Below, piece by piece: positions 41,794 through 51,341 of a stretch of 64,000 nucleotides of DNA. The stretch's first letter is position 1, and every line of letters begins with the position of its first letter. The notes under the pieces are model-generated. The model saw only the letters and a program-made list of their open reading frames with translations. It did not search any database and was not told the DNA's origin. This DNA is from an uncultured Clostridia bacterium (lineage in GTDB: Bacteria; Bacillota; Clostridia; Oscillospirales; CAG-272): positions 15,559 to 79,558 of the forward strand of contig CALWJV010000006.1 of the NCBI GenBank assembly GCA_944381115.1, given 5' to 3'. A program made the translations under genes and the position numbers.

Positions 41794-43554
41794 CTATGCC
41801 ATCTGCGCATTTACTGTTTCACGGTAAAGTACACAATTTTCCATAAGGTAATCATGACTTCCCATACCTGCGACCTCGCCGTCATCCATAACTATTATTA
41901 AATCAGCGTTCATTATTGTACTCGCCCTTTGTGCAACAATAATTTTTGTACATTGGGTATAATTTTTTGCAAGATTTTTACGCAAAATAGAATCGGTTTT
42001 GTAATCAAGACCACCGCAAGAATCGTCAAGTATAAGTATGTCCGGCTTTCCCGCAATTGCTCTTGCAATAAGAAGTCTTTGTTTCTGTCCTCCGCTAAGG
42101 TTCGCTGCTTTGACATCAAGCATATGCCCGTAACCGTCCTTCTTTTCTTTTATAAAATTGTCAGCAAGAGCATTTACTGCGGCGTATGTTATTTCTTCAT
42201 CGGATATTTCTCTTTCAAACCGGATGTTTTCTTTTATGGTATCGGACATAAGAAAATCAGTTTGAAGCGCCGATCCAAACATTTTATATAGTTCTGCTCT
42301 CGGTATGAAATTTATATTTTCGCCGTTTATTTTGATTTCTCCGCTGTCTGCTTTGTAAAAGCGAAGGAGCAGGTTTACAATAGTTGTTTTACCGGATCCC
42401 GTTGACCCGATTATTCCCAATGTTTCCCCCCTCTTTAAATTAAATGAGAGATTTTCAATATTATTTTTCCTTTTAAGGTACGAAAATGTTACATTTTCAA
42501 ACGAAATGTGGTAATCTGAAACTTGTGTTTTTTTACTTTCCTGTTTTTTTCCTCTAACATCACCGTAAATATAGTCATCGTCAGTCGGAGACAAAAGTAC
42601 CTCATTAAGTCTTTTCCCGGATGCGACGCCCTTACTTATCTGCATAAAAATCCTGTTTATCATCATCATTGCAGTAAGTATAATGGTAAAATAACTTAAA
42701 AAAGCTATAATAACCCCCGGTTTTATGATTCCGTCACGGACTCTGTATGCACCAATAAGTATTACAAAGCAAAACCCGAGATTCAAGAAAATATTCAGTA
42801 CCGGACCGGAAAGTCCAGTTGTTATATTCGCTTTACTGTCAACTTTGTATATTTTTTCGTTTATCTTAGCAAAACGTTGCTTTTCGTATTCGGTTTTTGA
42901 AAGTGCCTTTATTACTCTTATACCATCCATGTTTTCGCGAAGCACGCCAACCATATCATCGTTACTTTTCTGAACATCACCAAATATTTTTATGCCCTTT
43001 CTTGATATAAAATAAATTATTATAAAAACTACAAACATTAGACATACAAGTATAAGTGTCAAAACTCTGTCAAGGAAAAATGTTATTATTATTCCTCCTA
43101 TGACAATTATAGGTCCGCGTATTCCTCCTTTTTGTACCATTGCAAGCATATTATGAAGATTATATGTATCACTTGTAAGCCTTGAAATAAGAGTTGGCAC
43201 GGTAAATTCATCTGTTTTTTGGCAGGAAAGCGCAAGAGTTTTTACATAAACATCATGGCGAAGTTTTCCGGTTATTCTACTTGCCGTTTTTGCTGCCATT
43301 CTGTTTGCGCTTATGTTACCAATAAGCGCAACTAAAGCACAAAAAACCATCAAAAGACCGTAAAGTATCATCTTTCTTAAATCTTTTGCCGGAGCAAGAG
43401 TGTCCACCATATAAGAAAGTACGGAAGGTAAAATAAGTTCCGCAAATGTGCCGATAAATTTAACCGTTACAGTAATTATTACAGCAAATTTATAGGGCCG
43501 TATGTAATCTATAACGGTTATATATTCATTTGGATTTTTTTTGTTCTTTTTCAT
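41794..43554 (-). CDS. Heterodimeric ABC exporter subunit (TM287-like)
   Basis: TMD plus NBD: GSTGSGKT, LSGGQKQ, non-canonical ILDDS and AQR. Confidence 0.92.
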   Translation of the reverse strand: MKKNKKNPNEYITVIDYIRPYKFAVIITVTVKFIGTFAELILPSVLSYMVDTLAPAKDLRKMILYGLLMVFCALVALIGNISANRMAAKTASRITGKLRHDVYVKTLALSCQKTDEFTVPTLISRLTSDTYNLHNMLAMVQKGGIRGPIIVIGGIIITFFLDRVLTLILVCLMFVVFIIIYFISRKGIKIFGDVQKSNDDMVGVLRENMDGIRVIKALSKTEYEKQRFAKINEKIYKVDSKANITTGLSGPVLNIFLNLGFCFVILIGAYRVRDGIIKPGVIIAFLSYFTIILTAMMMINRIFMQISKGVASGKRLNEVLLSPTDDDYIYGDVRGKKQESKKTQVSDYHISFENVTFSYLKRKNNIENLSFNLKRGETLGIIGSTGSGKTTIVNLLLRFYKADSGEIKINGENINFIPRAELYKMFGSALQTDFLMSDTIKENIRFEREISDEEITYAAVNALADNFIKEKKDGYGHMLDVKAANLSGGQKQRLLIARAIAGKPDILILDDSCGGLDYKTDSILRKNLAKNYTQCTKIIVAQRASTIMNADLIIVMDDGEVAGMGSHDYLMENCVLYRETVNAQMA

Positions 43555-43611
43555 TGTTCTTAAATTACTCTTTTATTTCTTTATATTATTTCTTTATATA
43601 TAATATATTAT

Positions 43612-44151
43612 CTATTTTATCTTTAAAAGATCTTGTATTTTCCTGCACTCTTCAATAACCTGATATGTTACAATACCGTCATCAATTGCGTTATGAGATC
43701 TTACCTTTATTCCAAGAAGATTCTTTAACGTTTCAAGTTTGTGGTTTTCTGATTTTATGTATTTTCTTGCAAGTTTTAAACTGTCTCTTATTTCATTATC
43801 AATATTGTATCCAAGCAAAAAACATATCGGGAGTATAAATCGACTGTCAAACAATGCGTTATGTGCAAATAAAATGTCGTTTTTTATAAATGAGACAAAT
43901 TTCGGTACGGCATCTTCAATATAAGGAGCATTTTTTACCATATCTTCGGTTATTCCAGTAAGTTGGGTTATATGCGGAAGAATTTTTCCTCGCGGTTTTA
44001 CATATGTTTGGAATTTTTCTTTAATTTTCTTTTTTTGTATCCTTACAGCACCGATTTCTATTATTTCATTATTTTCGGGAGAAAATCCTGTGGTTTCGAG
44101 ATCAAAGACAACATAATTTTCTGGGATAATATTGCCTGCTTCTTTTTTCAT
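43612..44151 (-). CDS. Stand-alone DEDDh 3'-5' exonuclease (Pol III epsilon-like)
   Basis: FDLETTG, EIIEIGAV, AHNALFD, HNAIDD. Confidence 0.9.
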   Translation of the reverse strand: MKKEAGNIIPENYVVFDLETTGFSPENNEIIEIGAVRIQKKKIKEKFQTYVKPRGKILPHITQLTGITEDMVKNAPYIEDAVPKFVSFIKNDILFAHNALFDSRFILPICFLLGYNIDNEIRDSLKLARKYIKSENHKLETLKNLLGIKVRSHNAIDDGIVTYQVIEECRKIQDLLKIK

Positions 44152-44436
44152 TTCATAAATCCTTATGGTTAGTTAATAAAATCAATGCCAAAATTTTTGC
44201 TGTTTACTTTAATTTTAATATTTCAAAAACCATGGTCAATTACTAATTTTAAATTTTTAATAAATCGGTACATTCCAATACCTTAATAATATTTTATATT
44301 ATAAATCATAACAAAAAAAAAGTCAATACGTTTTTGCAAACTAATAAAATTCAAAAAATCATAAAAAACTTGAAAAAATGAGAAAAAAAGAGATTTTGCC
44401 CTTTTTTGTTTTTATAACTGCTTTTTTTTAAAAAAG

Positions 44437-44482
44437 TTTAACCTTCTTTGACTTTGACTTTGTTTGACTTTTATGCTATAAT
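44437..44482 (+). promoter_or_regulatory. CtsR operator overlapping the sigma-A promoter of the ctsR operon
   Basis: TTTAACC-N3-TTTGACT (44437-44453) and TTTGACT-N3-TTTGACT (44453-44469), reverse complements of RGTCAAA heptads; TTGACT-17 bp-TATAAT (44454-44482). Confidence 0.85.
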
Positions 44483-44582
44483 TATGCCCGTATAAGAAAA
44501 ACGGTAGTTACCCAGTAACTTTCTTAAAACAAAATTTTAAACTGTTTATTTCAGGCAAGTTGAGAAAAGAGGTCAAAAATAA

Positions 44583-45005
44583 ATGTTAAGCGATATTATT
44601 GAAAAAATGCTTATGGAGATGATCGAGGAAGAAGGCGGTCACCTTGAACTAAAGCGGAACGAACTTGCAGAACAGATCGGCTGTGTGCCAAGTCAGATAA
44701 ACTACGTAATAACATCTCGGTTTACTCCTGAAAAAGGATATATCATAGAGAGCAGACGCGGTGGAGGAGGATATGTTCGCATTACAAAAAAAGTAATGCA
44801 AAAAAACGAATATTTAATGCATCTCTTTTATTCAATAGGAAATGTTCTTGATATTAAAAGTGCAAGGATATTCATAGATGATCTTAAACAACGGGGTATG
44901 ATCACACAGCGCGAGGCGGCCATATCAAATATTGCAAACTCTTATACTGATAACGATACGGTCAGAGCAAACCTAATTAAAAAAATTATTTTATCTATCA
45001 TATAA
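44583..45005 (+). CDS. ctsR: Class III stress gene repressor CtsR
   Basis: CVPSQINYVITSRF, ESRRGGGGYVRI. Confidence 0.95.
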   Translation: MLSDIIEKMLMEMIEEEGGHLELKRNELAEQIGCVPSQINYVITSRFTPEKGYIIESRRGGGGYVRITKKVMQKNEYLMHLFYSIGNVLDIKSARIFIDDLKQRGMITQREAAISNIANSYTDNDTVRANLIKKIILSII

Positions 45006-45020
45006 TAGGAGGATAAAGCC

Positions 45021-45548
45021 ATGTTATGTCAAAGATGTCATAAAAACAATGCAACGGTACATGTAAAACAGATAATAAACGGAGAAGTAAGTCAACTTAT
45101 GCTTTGTGCAGAATGCGCGGAAAAGGAAAATTTTGGTTCTTTTTTCGGAATTGGTAATGATAACCTTTTTTCGGGATTTTTCAGTGACAGTATTCTCGGA
45201 AATACTTTTACATCAGAAAAGAAAGTTTGTCCTCTCTGTAAATCAACAAGACGTGATCTTGCAAGAACAGGACGCGCAGGCTGTGCAAAATGCTATGAAG
45301 TTTTTTCCGATGAGCTTTCAAAAATTATTTACGGTATACACGGAAATACAACACATTCCGGGTCAGCACCAGGCAGACATATAGAAGAAATTGAAAAAAA
45401 TAAAGAAATAGATGCTTTGAAAAAAGAGCAGGAGACGGCTATTCTTGAAGAAGATTATGAAAAAGCTGCCGAAATAAGAGATAAAATAAAAGCAATCGAA
45501 AACGTCACAAGCAACAATTTAGAAAAAAAGAACGGGGAGGATAAGTAA
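45021..45548 (+). CDS. mcsA: McsA (CxxC motifs and UVR domain)
   Basis: Four CxxC motifs, [13 protein letters not shown]; operon position. Confidence 0.93.
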   Translation: MLCQRCHKNNATVHVKQIINGEVSQLMLCAECAEKENFGSFFGIGNDNLFSGFFSDSILGNTFTSEKKVCPLCKSTRRDLARTGRAGCAKCYEVFSDELSKIIYGIHGNTTHSGSAPGRHIEEIEKNKEIDALKKEQETAILEEDYEKAAEIRDKIKAIENVTSNNLEKKNGEDK

Positions 45549-45549
45549 G

Positions 45550-46566
45550 ATGGCATGGTATACTGAAAACGGAAAGCTTCAGGACGTCGTAATTTCTACC
45601 AGGGTGCGTTTTGCACGCAATCTGGAAAATTACCCTTTTCCGGAACGACTTAACGATAAAGGTGCAGAAGAAATAATTGAAACGGTATCGGAAACACTAA
45701 ACGGTTACAGTTGTGAAAAATTCGGCGCTTTCGATAAGACAAGATTACGTTCATATATGGAAATGCATTACGTAAGTTCTGAATTTTCAGCGTCAAATAA
45801 ACCGCGTGCACTGTTGAGCGGAGAAAATGACAGCGTAAAGATCATGGTCTGCGAAGAAGATCATCTAAGGATTCAAAGTATCGTTGCGGGATTTGCGCCG
45901 AAAAAAGCATACGAATATGCATGCAAAGCAGATGACTTGATATGTAAAAAACTAAAAATAGCGTATAGCGAAAAATATGGCTATCTTACAAGTTGTCCAA
46001 CCAACCTCGGTGTTGCAATGAGAGTCTCTGCAATGCTTTGCCTGCCTGCGCTCACAGCCGGTAACGCCATAAGTGCATACGGAGAAGCTATGAGTAAGAT
46101 GGGGATCACAATCCGAGGACTTTACGGAGAAGGAAGTGAATCCGCAGGCTGTCTTTACCAGATTTCCAACCGTGCTTCCCTCGGAACAGGCGAAAAAGAA
46201 ATTATAAAACTTCTCACTGACGTTGTAAAAAACCTTGTTGAAGCGGAACGAAAAGCAAGAAAAAATCTTTTTGAATTGAACAGTGAGTCTGTTACAGATA
46301 AAATATGCAGAAGTATCGGACTCCTAAAAAACGCGCACATTCTTTCATCTTCCGAATTCAACAGCGGTTTTGCCGATATGAAAATGGGAGTATCCCTCGG
46401 AATACTTGAAGGTATAAGTGATGAAAAAATGAGTGAGATGTTGGTTGCCGTTCAGCCTGCAACGATCTCCCTTACTAAAGAAGGTCTTGAAGGAGACATG
46501 GCAAGAGATATGGCAAGAGCAAAGATAGTACGTGATATGCTCAGTACAGTAACAATAAAACATTAA
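45550..46566 (+). CDS. mcsB: Protein arginine kinase McsB
   Basis: STRVRFARNL, EEDHLRIQ, GYLTSCPTNLG, IRGLYGEGS. Confidence 0.93.
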   Translation: MAWYTENGKLQDVVISTRVRFARNLENYPFPERLNDKGAEEIIETVSETLNGYSCEKFGAFDKTRLRSYMEMHYVSSEFSASNKPRALLSGENDSVKIMVCEEDHLRIQSIVAGFAPKKAYEYACKADDLICKKLKIAYSEKYGYLTSCPTNLGVAMRVSAMLCLPALTAGNAISAYGEAMSKMGITIRGLYGEGSESAGCLYQISNRASLGTGEKEIIKLLTDVVKNLVEAERKARKNLFELNSESVTDKICRSIGLLKNAHILSSSEFNSGFADMKMGVSLGILEGISDEKMSEMLVAVQPATISLTKEGLEGDMARDMARAKIVRDMLSTVTIKH

Positions 46567-46701
46567 TTAAAAAATACAATTAATTTAAGAAAAAAATATA
46601 TATTGGTTTTAACTGGATTTTATAGGTATCTATCGGTAAAATTCAAATAATAAACCCCATTTTAAAGCCGCATTTAAAGGCGTCAGAACGGAGGATATAA
46701 T

Positions 46702-49170
46702 ATGCAAAATAAATTTACACAATACGCAGAAGCAGCGCTTAATGAAGCACTTGTACAAGCAGGAAACCTCGGTCATACAGATGTCGGATCAGAGCATTTG
46801 CTCCTCGGCATTTTAAGTGTTCCCGAGTGTTCTGCAGCAAAAATTTTAGAAAAGCACGGTATAGATTACGAGTCCATGTTTGAATCCGTAAAAACACACA
46901 TGGGTTACGGGACTCCTACAAATCCTACTCCGAGAAACATTACCCCAAAATTGAATGCGATCATACAGTCTTCGGCATATGAGGCGACAAAGAGAGGTAG
47001 TCAGGCAATAGGTACGGAACATCTGCTTATTTCCATTCTTTCAATTACCGACTCGGTTGCCGTAAGACTTCTCGCCATGGAAGGTGTCAATATATCAGAC
47101 CTCGGCAGAGATCTTATCACTATGATGAACGGGTCCGACGACGGAGAATCACCTTCCGAAGATCCCGACGGCTCATATAACCCAAGAAGCGGTGGATCAC
47201 ACAAAGGGCTTGAAAATCTTAAAAAATACGGAAAAGATCTTACCAAAATGGCAAAAGAGGGTAAGCTCGACCCTGTGATCGGACGTGAAAACGAAACCGA
47301 AAGACTTATCCAGATTCTTTCAAGACGTACAAAAAACAATCCTTGTCTTATAGGTGAAGCAGGTGTTGGTAAAACCGCAGTTGTTGAGGGACTTGCGGAA
47401 AAAATTGTAAGCGGCAATGTCCCGGAAAACCTGAAAGGAAAATCAATATTCAGCCTCGATGTTTCAGGTATGCTCGCAGGAACCAAATACAGAGGTGAAT
47501 TTGAAGAACGTTTAAAAGGTGTTATAAACGAAGTCAAAAACAACAAAAATATAATTTTGTTTATTGATGAAATTCATACTATTGTCGGAGCAGGAGCAAC
47601 ATCTGAAGGTAGTATGGATGCCGCAAACATTATTAAACCGGCACTTTCAAGAGGTGAATTTCAGGTTATCGGCGCCACTACGATTGCAGAATACAGAAAA
47701 TATATAGAAAAAGACGCTGCTCTTGAACGTCGTTTCCAGTCTGTCACCGTCGGAGAACCTACACCGGAAGATGCAGTAAAAATATTAATGGGTCTGAGAC
47801 CCCGTTACGAGGAACACCATAAACTTAAAATATCCGACGAGGCTATCAATGCGGCAGTTTCTCTTTCAAGACGTTACATCGGTGACAGATATCTTCCCGA
47901 TAAAGCAATAGACCTTGTGGACGAAGCAGCATCGCGTAAGCACATCGGTACTCTTTCCATGCCGGAAGATCTGAGGACACTCGAAAAGGAAACCAAAAAA
48001 CTTGCAGATGAAAAAAGAGATGCAATAGTAAATCAAAATTTTGAAAAAGCAGCAGAAATACGTGATAAAGAAACGAAATTAAATAAGGAATACGAAGAAA
48101 AAAAGGCAGAATGGGAAAAAACCAAAACACCTGACATGGATACTGTTACTGCAGATGACATTGCTGAAATAGTAACGCAGTGGACAGGTATTCCCGTAAA
48201 AAAACTTGCAAACGAAGAAGAAAGCAGACTTCTTAATCTTGAAAAACTTTTACACGAAAGGGTAATAGGTCAGGACGAGGCTGTAACTTCTGTCGCAAAT
48301 GCAATAAGACGTTCAAGGATAGGTCTTAAAGACCCGAACCGTCCCGCAGGTTCGTTTATTTTCCTCGGACCGACGGGTGTCGGTAAGACGGAGCTTTCCA
48401 AGGCTCTTGCCGAGATACTTTTTGGCGACGAAAACGCAATGATAAGGGTAGATATGTCTGAGTACATGGAAAAAGCGAGCGTATCCAAAATGATAGGTTC
48501 GCCCCCCGGTTATATCGGATATGACGAAGGCGGCCAACTTACTGAAAAGATAAGGCGTAAACCCTACTCCGTTGTACTTTTTGATGAAATTGAAAAGGCA
48601 CACCCTGATGTATTTAACCTTATGCTTCAAATACTCGATGACGGAATCTTAACAGACTCTCAAGGCAGACGCGTCGATTTTAAAAACGCAGTCATAATAA
48701 TGACTTCAAACCTCGGTGCACGTGAAATTACCACAACAGGAAAGACCTTAGGTTTTACTTCTTCAAATGCACCTGCAGATGAAAAAGCGGCTACAAGAGA
48801 ACGTGTTATGTCTGCTCTTAAAGAGGCGTTTCGTCCGGAATTTCTTAACAGGATAGACGAAATAATAATTTTCGATAAACTTTCTGACAGCGACATACGT
48901 AAGATCGCCAATAACATGATCGCATCTGTTGTAAAACGTATATCGGCTATCGGAGTCAATATAAGTTTTGACGAAAAAGCTATTGACTATCTTGCCAAAG
49001 AAGGTACCGACAAAGTTTACGGAGCAAGACCTCTGCGCCGTACCATCGTTCATAAAGTTGAGGACGGATTTGCAACGGCAATGCTTGCCGGAAAGTTTAC
49101 CAAGGGCGATACTGTAAACGTCTCAGCGGACAAGGACGGACTCATATGGAACAAAGAAGAGAAAAAATAA
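46702..49170 (+). CDS. clpC: ATP-dependent Clp protease ATP-binding subunit ClpC
   Basis: Clp-N repeats, two AAA+ modules ([16 protein letters not shown]), UVR domain. Confidence 0.96.
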   Translation: MQNKFTQYAEAALNEALVQAGNLGHTDVGSEHLLLGILSVPECSAAKILEKHGIDYESMFESVKTHMGYGTPTNPTPRNITPKLNAIIQSSAYEATKRGSQAIGTEHLLISILSITDSVAVRLLAMEGVNISDLGRDLITMMNGSDDGESPSEDPDGSYNPRSGGSHKGLENLKKYGKDLTKMAKEGKLDPVIGRENETERLIQILSRRTKNNPCLIGEAGVGKTAVVEGLAEKIVSGNVPENLKGKSIFSLDVSGMLAGTKYRGEFEERLKGVINEVKNNKNIILFIDEIHTIVGAGATSEGSMDAANIIKPALSRGEFQVIGATTIAEYRKYIEKDAALERRFQSVTVGEPTPEDAVKILMGLRPRYEEHHKLKISDEAINAAVSLSRRYIGDRYLPDKAIDLVDEAASRKHIGTLSMPEDLRTLEKETKKLADEKRDAIVNQNFEKAAEIRDKETKLNKEYEEKKAEWEKTKTPDMDTVTADDIAEIVTQWTGIPVKKLANEEESRLLNLEKLLHERVIGQDEAVTSVANAIRRSRIGLKDPNRPAGSFIFLGPTGVGKTELSKALAEILFGDENAMIRVDMSEYMEKASVSKMIGSPPGYIGYDEGGQLTEKIRRKPYSVVLFDEIEKAHPDVFNLMLQILDDGILTDSQGRRVDFKNAVIIMTSNLGAREITTTGKTLGFTSSNAPADEKAATRERVMSALKEAFRPEFLNRIDEIIIFDKLSDSDIRKIANNMIASVVKRISAIGVNISFDEKAIDYLAKEGTDKVYGARPLRRTIVHKVEDGFATAMLAGKFTKGDTVNVSADKDGLIWNKEEKK

Positions 49171-49258
49171 TTTTCATTTAAAAAATCTTTATGAATCTCA
49201 GTCAATAAAGTGATGAAAAAATCCAGTATGTTACTTTTATAACCATAAATAAATATTT

Positions 49259-49300
49259 AAAAAAGTCCCCGGAAAGAAAAATTTTCCGGAGACTTTTTTT
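49259..49300. terminator. Bidirectional Rho-independent terminator
   Basis: AAAAAAGTCCCCGGAAA...TTTCCGGAGACTTTTTT between clpC and azlD. Confidence 0.75.
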
Positions 49301-49613
49301 AAATCAGATACATCATTACAAATTCAACAATAAAAACTACCGAACACGATGCAATCGCTACTTTAAAAAGACCTGCACCGAACCATGCAAGCACTACTCC
49401 GACTATCAGCGCTATCGCACCGGAAACCGGAGATTGCGTCGCTTCAATAATTGCCGGAAATGTCATTACCGACAAAGTAACATAAGGAACATAATATAAA
49501 AAAGACTTTAAAAACCTGTTTTTTATCTGTCTGCGTATAAGAACAATGGGAAGCATTCTGATAAGATAGGTAACACTTGCCATAATCAAAATATAAATGT
49601 ATATTTTGAGCAT
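49299..49613 (-). CDS. azlD: AzlD-family branched-chain amino acid transport protein
   Basis: VTYLIRMLP, FLYYVPY; small hydrophobic; 1-bp overlap with azlC. Confidence 0.85.
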   Translation of the reverse strand: MLKIYIYILIMASVTYLIRMLPIVLIRRQIKNRFLKSFLYYVPYVTLSVMTFPAIIEATQSPVSGAIALIVGVVLAWFGAGLFKVAIASCSVVFIVEFVMMYLI

Positions 49614-50356
49614 TATTTTACTTCCTCCGTTTCTTCATCATCTTTTCGGGGAAATAAAATTGCCGCAAAAGCAGAAACAAATATCGTAAGTATGATCGTC
49701 ACTGTGCCGTCGGTGAGTCCCCAAGAATCGGGAACATACCTCGATGCATAACTTAAAACAAAACATATAATAATAATGCCTGATATAACTTTGTTTTTTC
49801 TTGCAGGAGGAATTATTATCGCCAGAAACATTCCGTAAAGAGCAACGCTCAATGCACTTACTATGCTTGTCGGTAACCATGTACCGGCAAGGGCGCCTAT
49901 GACCGTACCCAAAGCCCACAAAGGAACAGCGGTAAACGCCGCTCCGTATATGTAGTACGGGTTTAAAAATCCGTCCCTTGCCATTGTGATACCAAAGATC
50001 TCATCGGTCACAAAGTAACTGCTGAAAAATCTGTGAGAAAGTTTTTCTTCTGGTGAAAATTTCTGACTGAGGGCACAACTCATAAGCATGTATCTTGCAT
50101 TTATGACAAATGTCATTATAGCAACTTCAAGATATGCTGCATTTTTTGATATAAGATCAAACCCGGCATACTCGCCTGCAGATGCAATACACAGCAGGCT
50201 TGCCAAAAACGACTGAAAAACGGAAAGTCCGGAATTTTTTGCCATTATACCGAGGGCAAACGATACCGCAAGATACCCAAGTCCTATCGGCACGGCATCT
50301 CTCATCCCTTCCGCAAATACCTTTTTGCGTCCTTTTTTTATGTCCAAAAGGTCCAT
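49613..50356 (-). CDS. azlC: AzlC-family branched-chain amino acid permease
   Basis: PIGLGYLAVSF, INARYMLMS, VTDEIF; ATG 50356 preferred over TTG 50377. Confidence 0.88.
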   Translation of the reverse strand: MDLLDIKKGRKKVFAEGMRDAVPIGLGYLAVSFALGIMAKNSGLSVFQSFLASLLCIASAGEYAGFDLISKNAAYLEVAIMTFVINARYMLMSCALSQKFSPEEKLSHRFFSSYFVTDEIFGITMARDGFLNPYYIYGAAFTAVPLWALGTVIGALAGTWLPTSIVSALSVALYGMFLAIIIPPARKNKVISGIIIICFVLSYASRYVPDSWGLTDGTVTIILTIFVSAFAAILFPRKDDEETEEVK

Positions 50357-50525
50357 TTCCTTGCTCCAATTCAACAATTTAATCCGATGTATTCAGGCGG
50401 TAACTTTATGCCCTTGAAAAAAATTTCAAAGGGCATTTTATTGCTTTACACGAGAAGGCGAATATAATTTTATACTCTAATGTATTTAAAAATTACTTCT
50501 TTTTTTGAAATTTTACAATTTTTAA

Positions 50526-51341
50526 TTATGTAGCGGCTATTCCGAAAACCTTCGCGGCATTGTACCCGAGAAGTTTTTTGTATTCTTCCTCGGAAAAGCC
50601 GAGAGACATGAGTTTTGAAAGTTCTTCCGATGCATCCCACATCGGATAATCGGTAGCAAACATAACTCTGTCTATTCCGAACGCCATAATATATTCTTTC
50701 ACTTTCTCATTTGGCAAAAACGGGAAAGACGATGAACAGTCGACATAAAGATTTTCAAATTTCGGAAGTTTCTTTGTTGCTTCTTCCCAGACCGACCAGC
50801 CTCCGAGGTGAGCGCCTATTATAATAAGGTCCGGAAAACTTTTAAGTACCGGGATAAGTTGATCGGGGTTGGAATTGTTGTACCTATAATCACCCGTGTG
50901 CATCAGTATCGGAAGTCCGTGATTTTCGCAAAGCTCGTATATCTTCATACACTTTTTGTCGTCTATTCTGAAATTCTGAATATCGGGGTGGAGTTTTACG
51001 CCGTGAAGCGAAAGTTCGCACAGGTGATCAAAATCGCCTTCAATATCGGCGCTGTCGGGATGAAGCGTACCGAGTCCGGTGAGTTTTCCTTTGTACTCTG
51101 CTTCCTCTTTTGCGATAAATTCATTGATGCTTTTTACCTGCTTCGGTACCGAGGCGACGGATTGTACCACAAAATGGTCGATCCCGACCTTTGTACCCTC
51201 TTTGACCATGTCTCCTGCAATTCCGTTTTTCAGCGAATGAAGGCCGTAAAATGTATTTGTACCGTTAACGGCTCTTTCCGCTATTTTTTCCGGATAGATA
51301 TGACAGTGCGCATCCACCGTAAAAAATTTATTTTGATACAT
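50526..51341 (-). CDS. Amidohydrolase-2 family metal-dependent hydrolase
   Basis: DAHCH, GVKLHP, MHTGD, AHLGG, FATDYP; TAATG overlap with upstream gene. Confidence 0.88.
   Translation of the reverse strand: MYQNKFFTVDAHCHIYPEKIAERAVNGTNTFYGLHSLKNGIAGDMVKEGTKVGIDHFVVQSVASVPKQVKSINEFIAKEEAEYKGKLTGLGTLHPDSADIEGDFDHLCELSLHGVKLHPDIQNFRIDDKKCMKIYELCENHGLPILMHTGDYRYNNSNPDQLIPVLKSFPDLIIIGAHLGGWSVWEEATKKLPKFENLYVDCSSSFPFLPNEKVKEYIMAFGIDRVMFATDYPMWDASEELSKLMSLGFSEEEYKKLLGYNAAKVFGIAAT

Noticed and set aside
41794-42420. Non-canonical Walker B (LDDS) and switch (AQR) in an ABC exporter
   Set aside because: Normal degenerate site of TM287/288-type heterodimeric exporters
43612-44151. Stand-alone DEDDh exonuclease as a possible defence or mobile-element gene
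   Set aside because: No CRISPR, retron, restriction or phage genes nearby; such proteins are common in Clostridia
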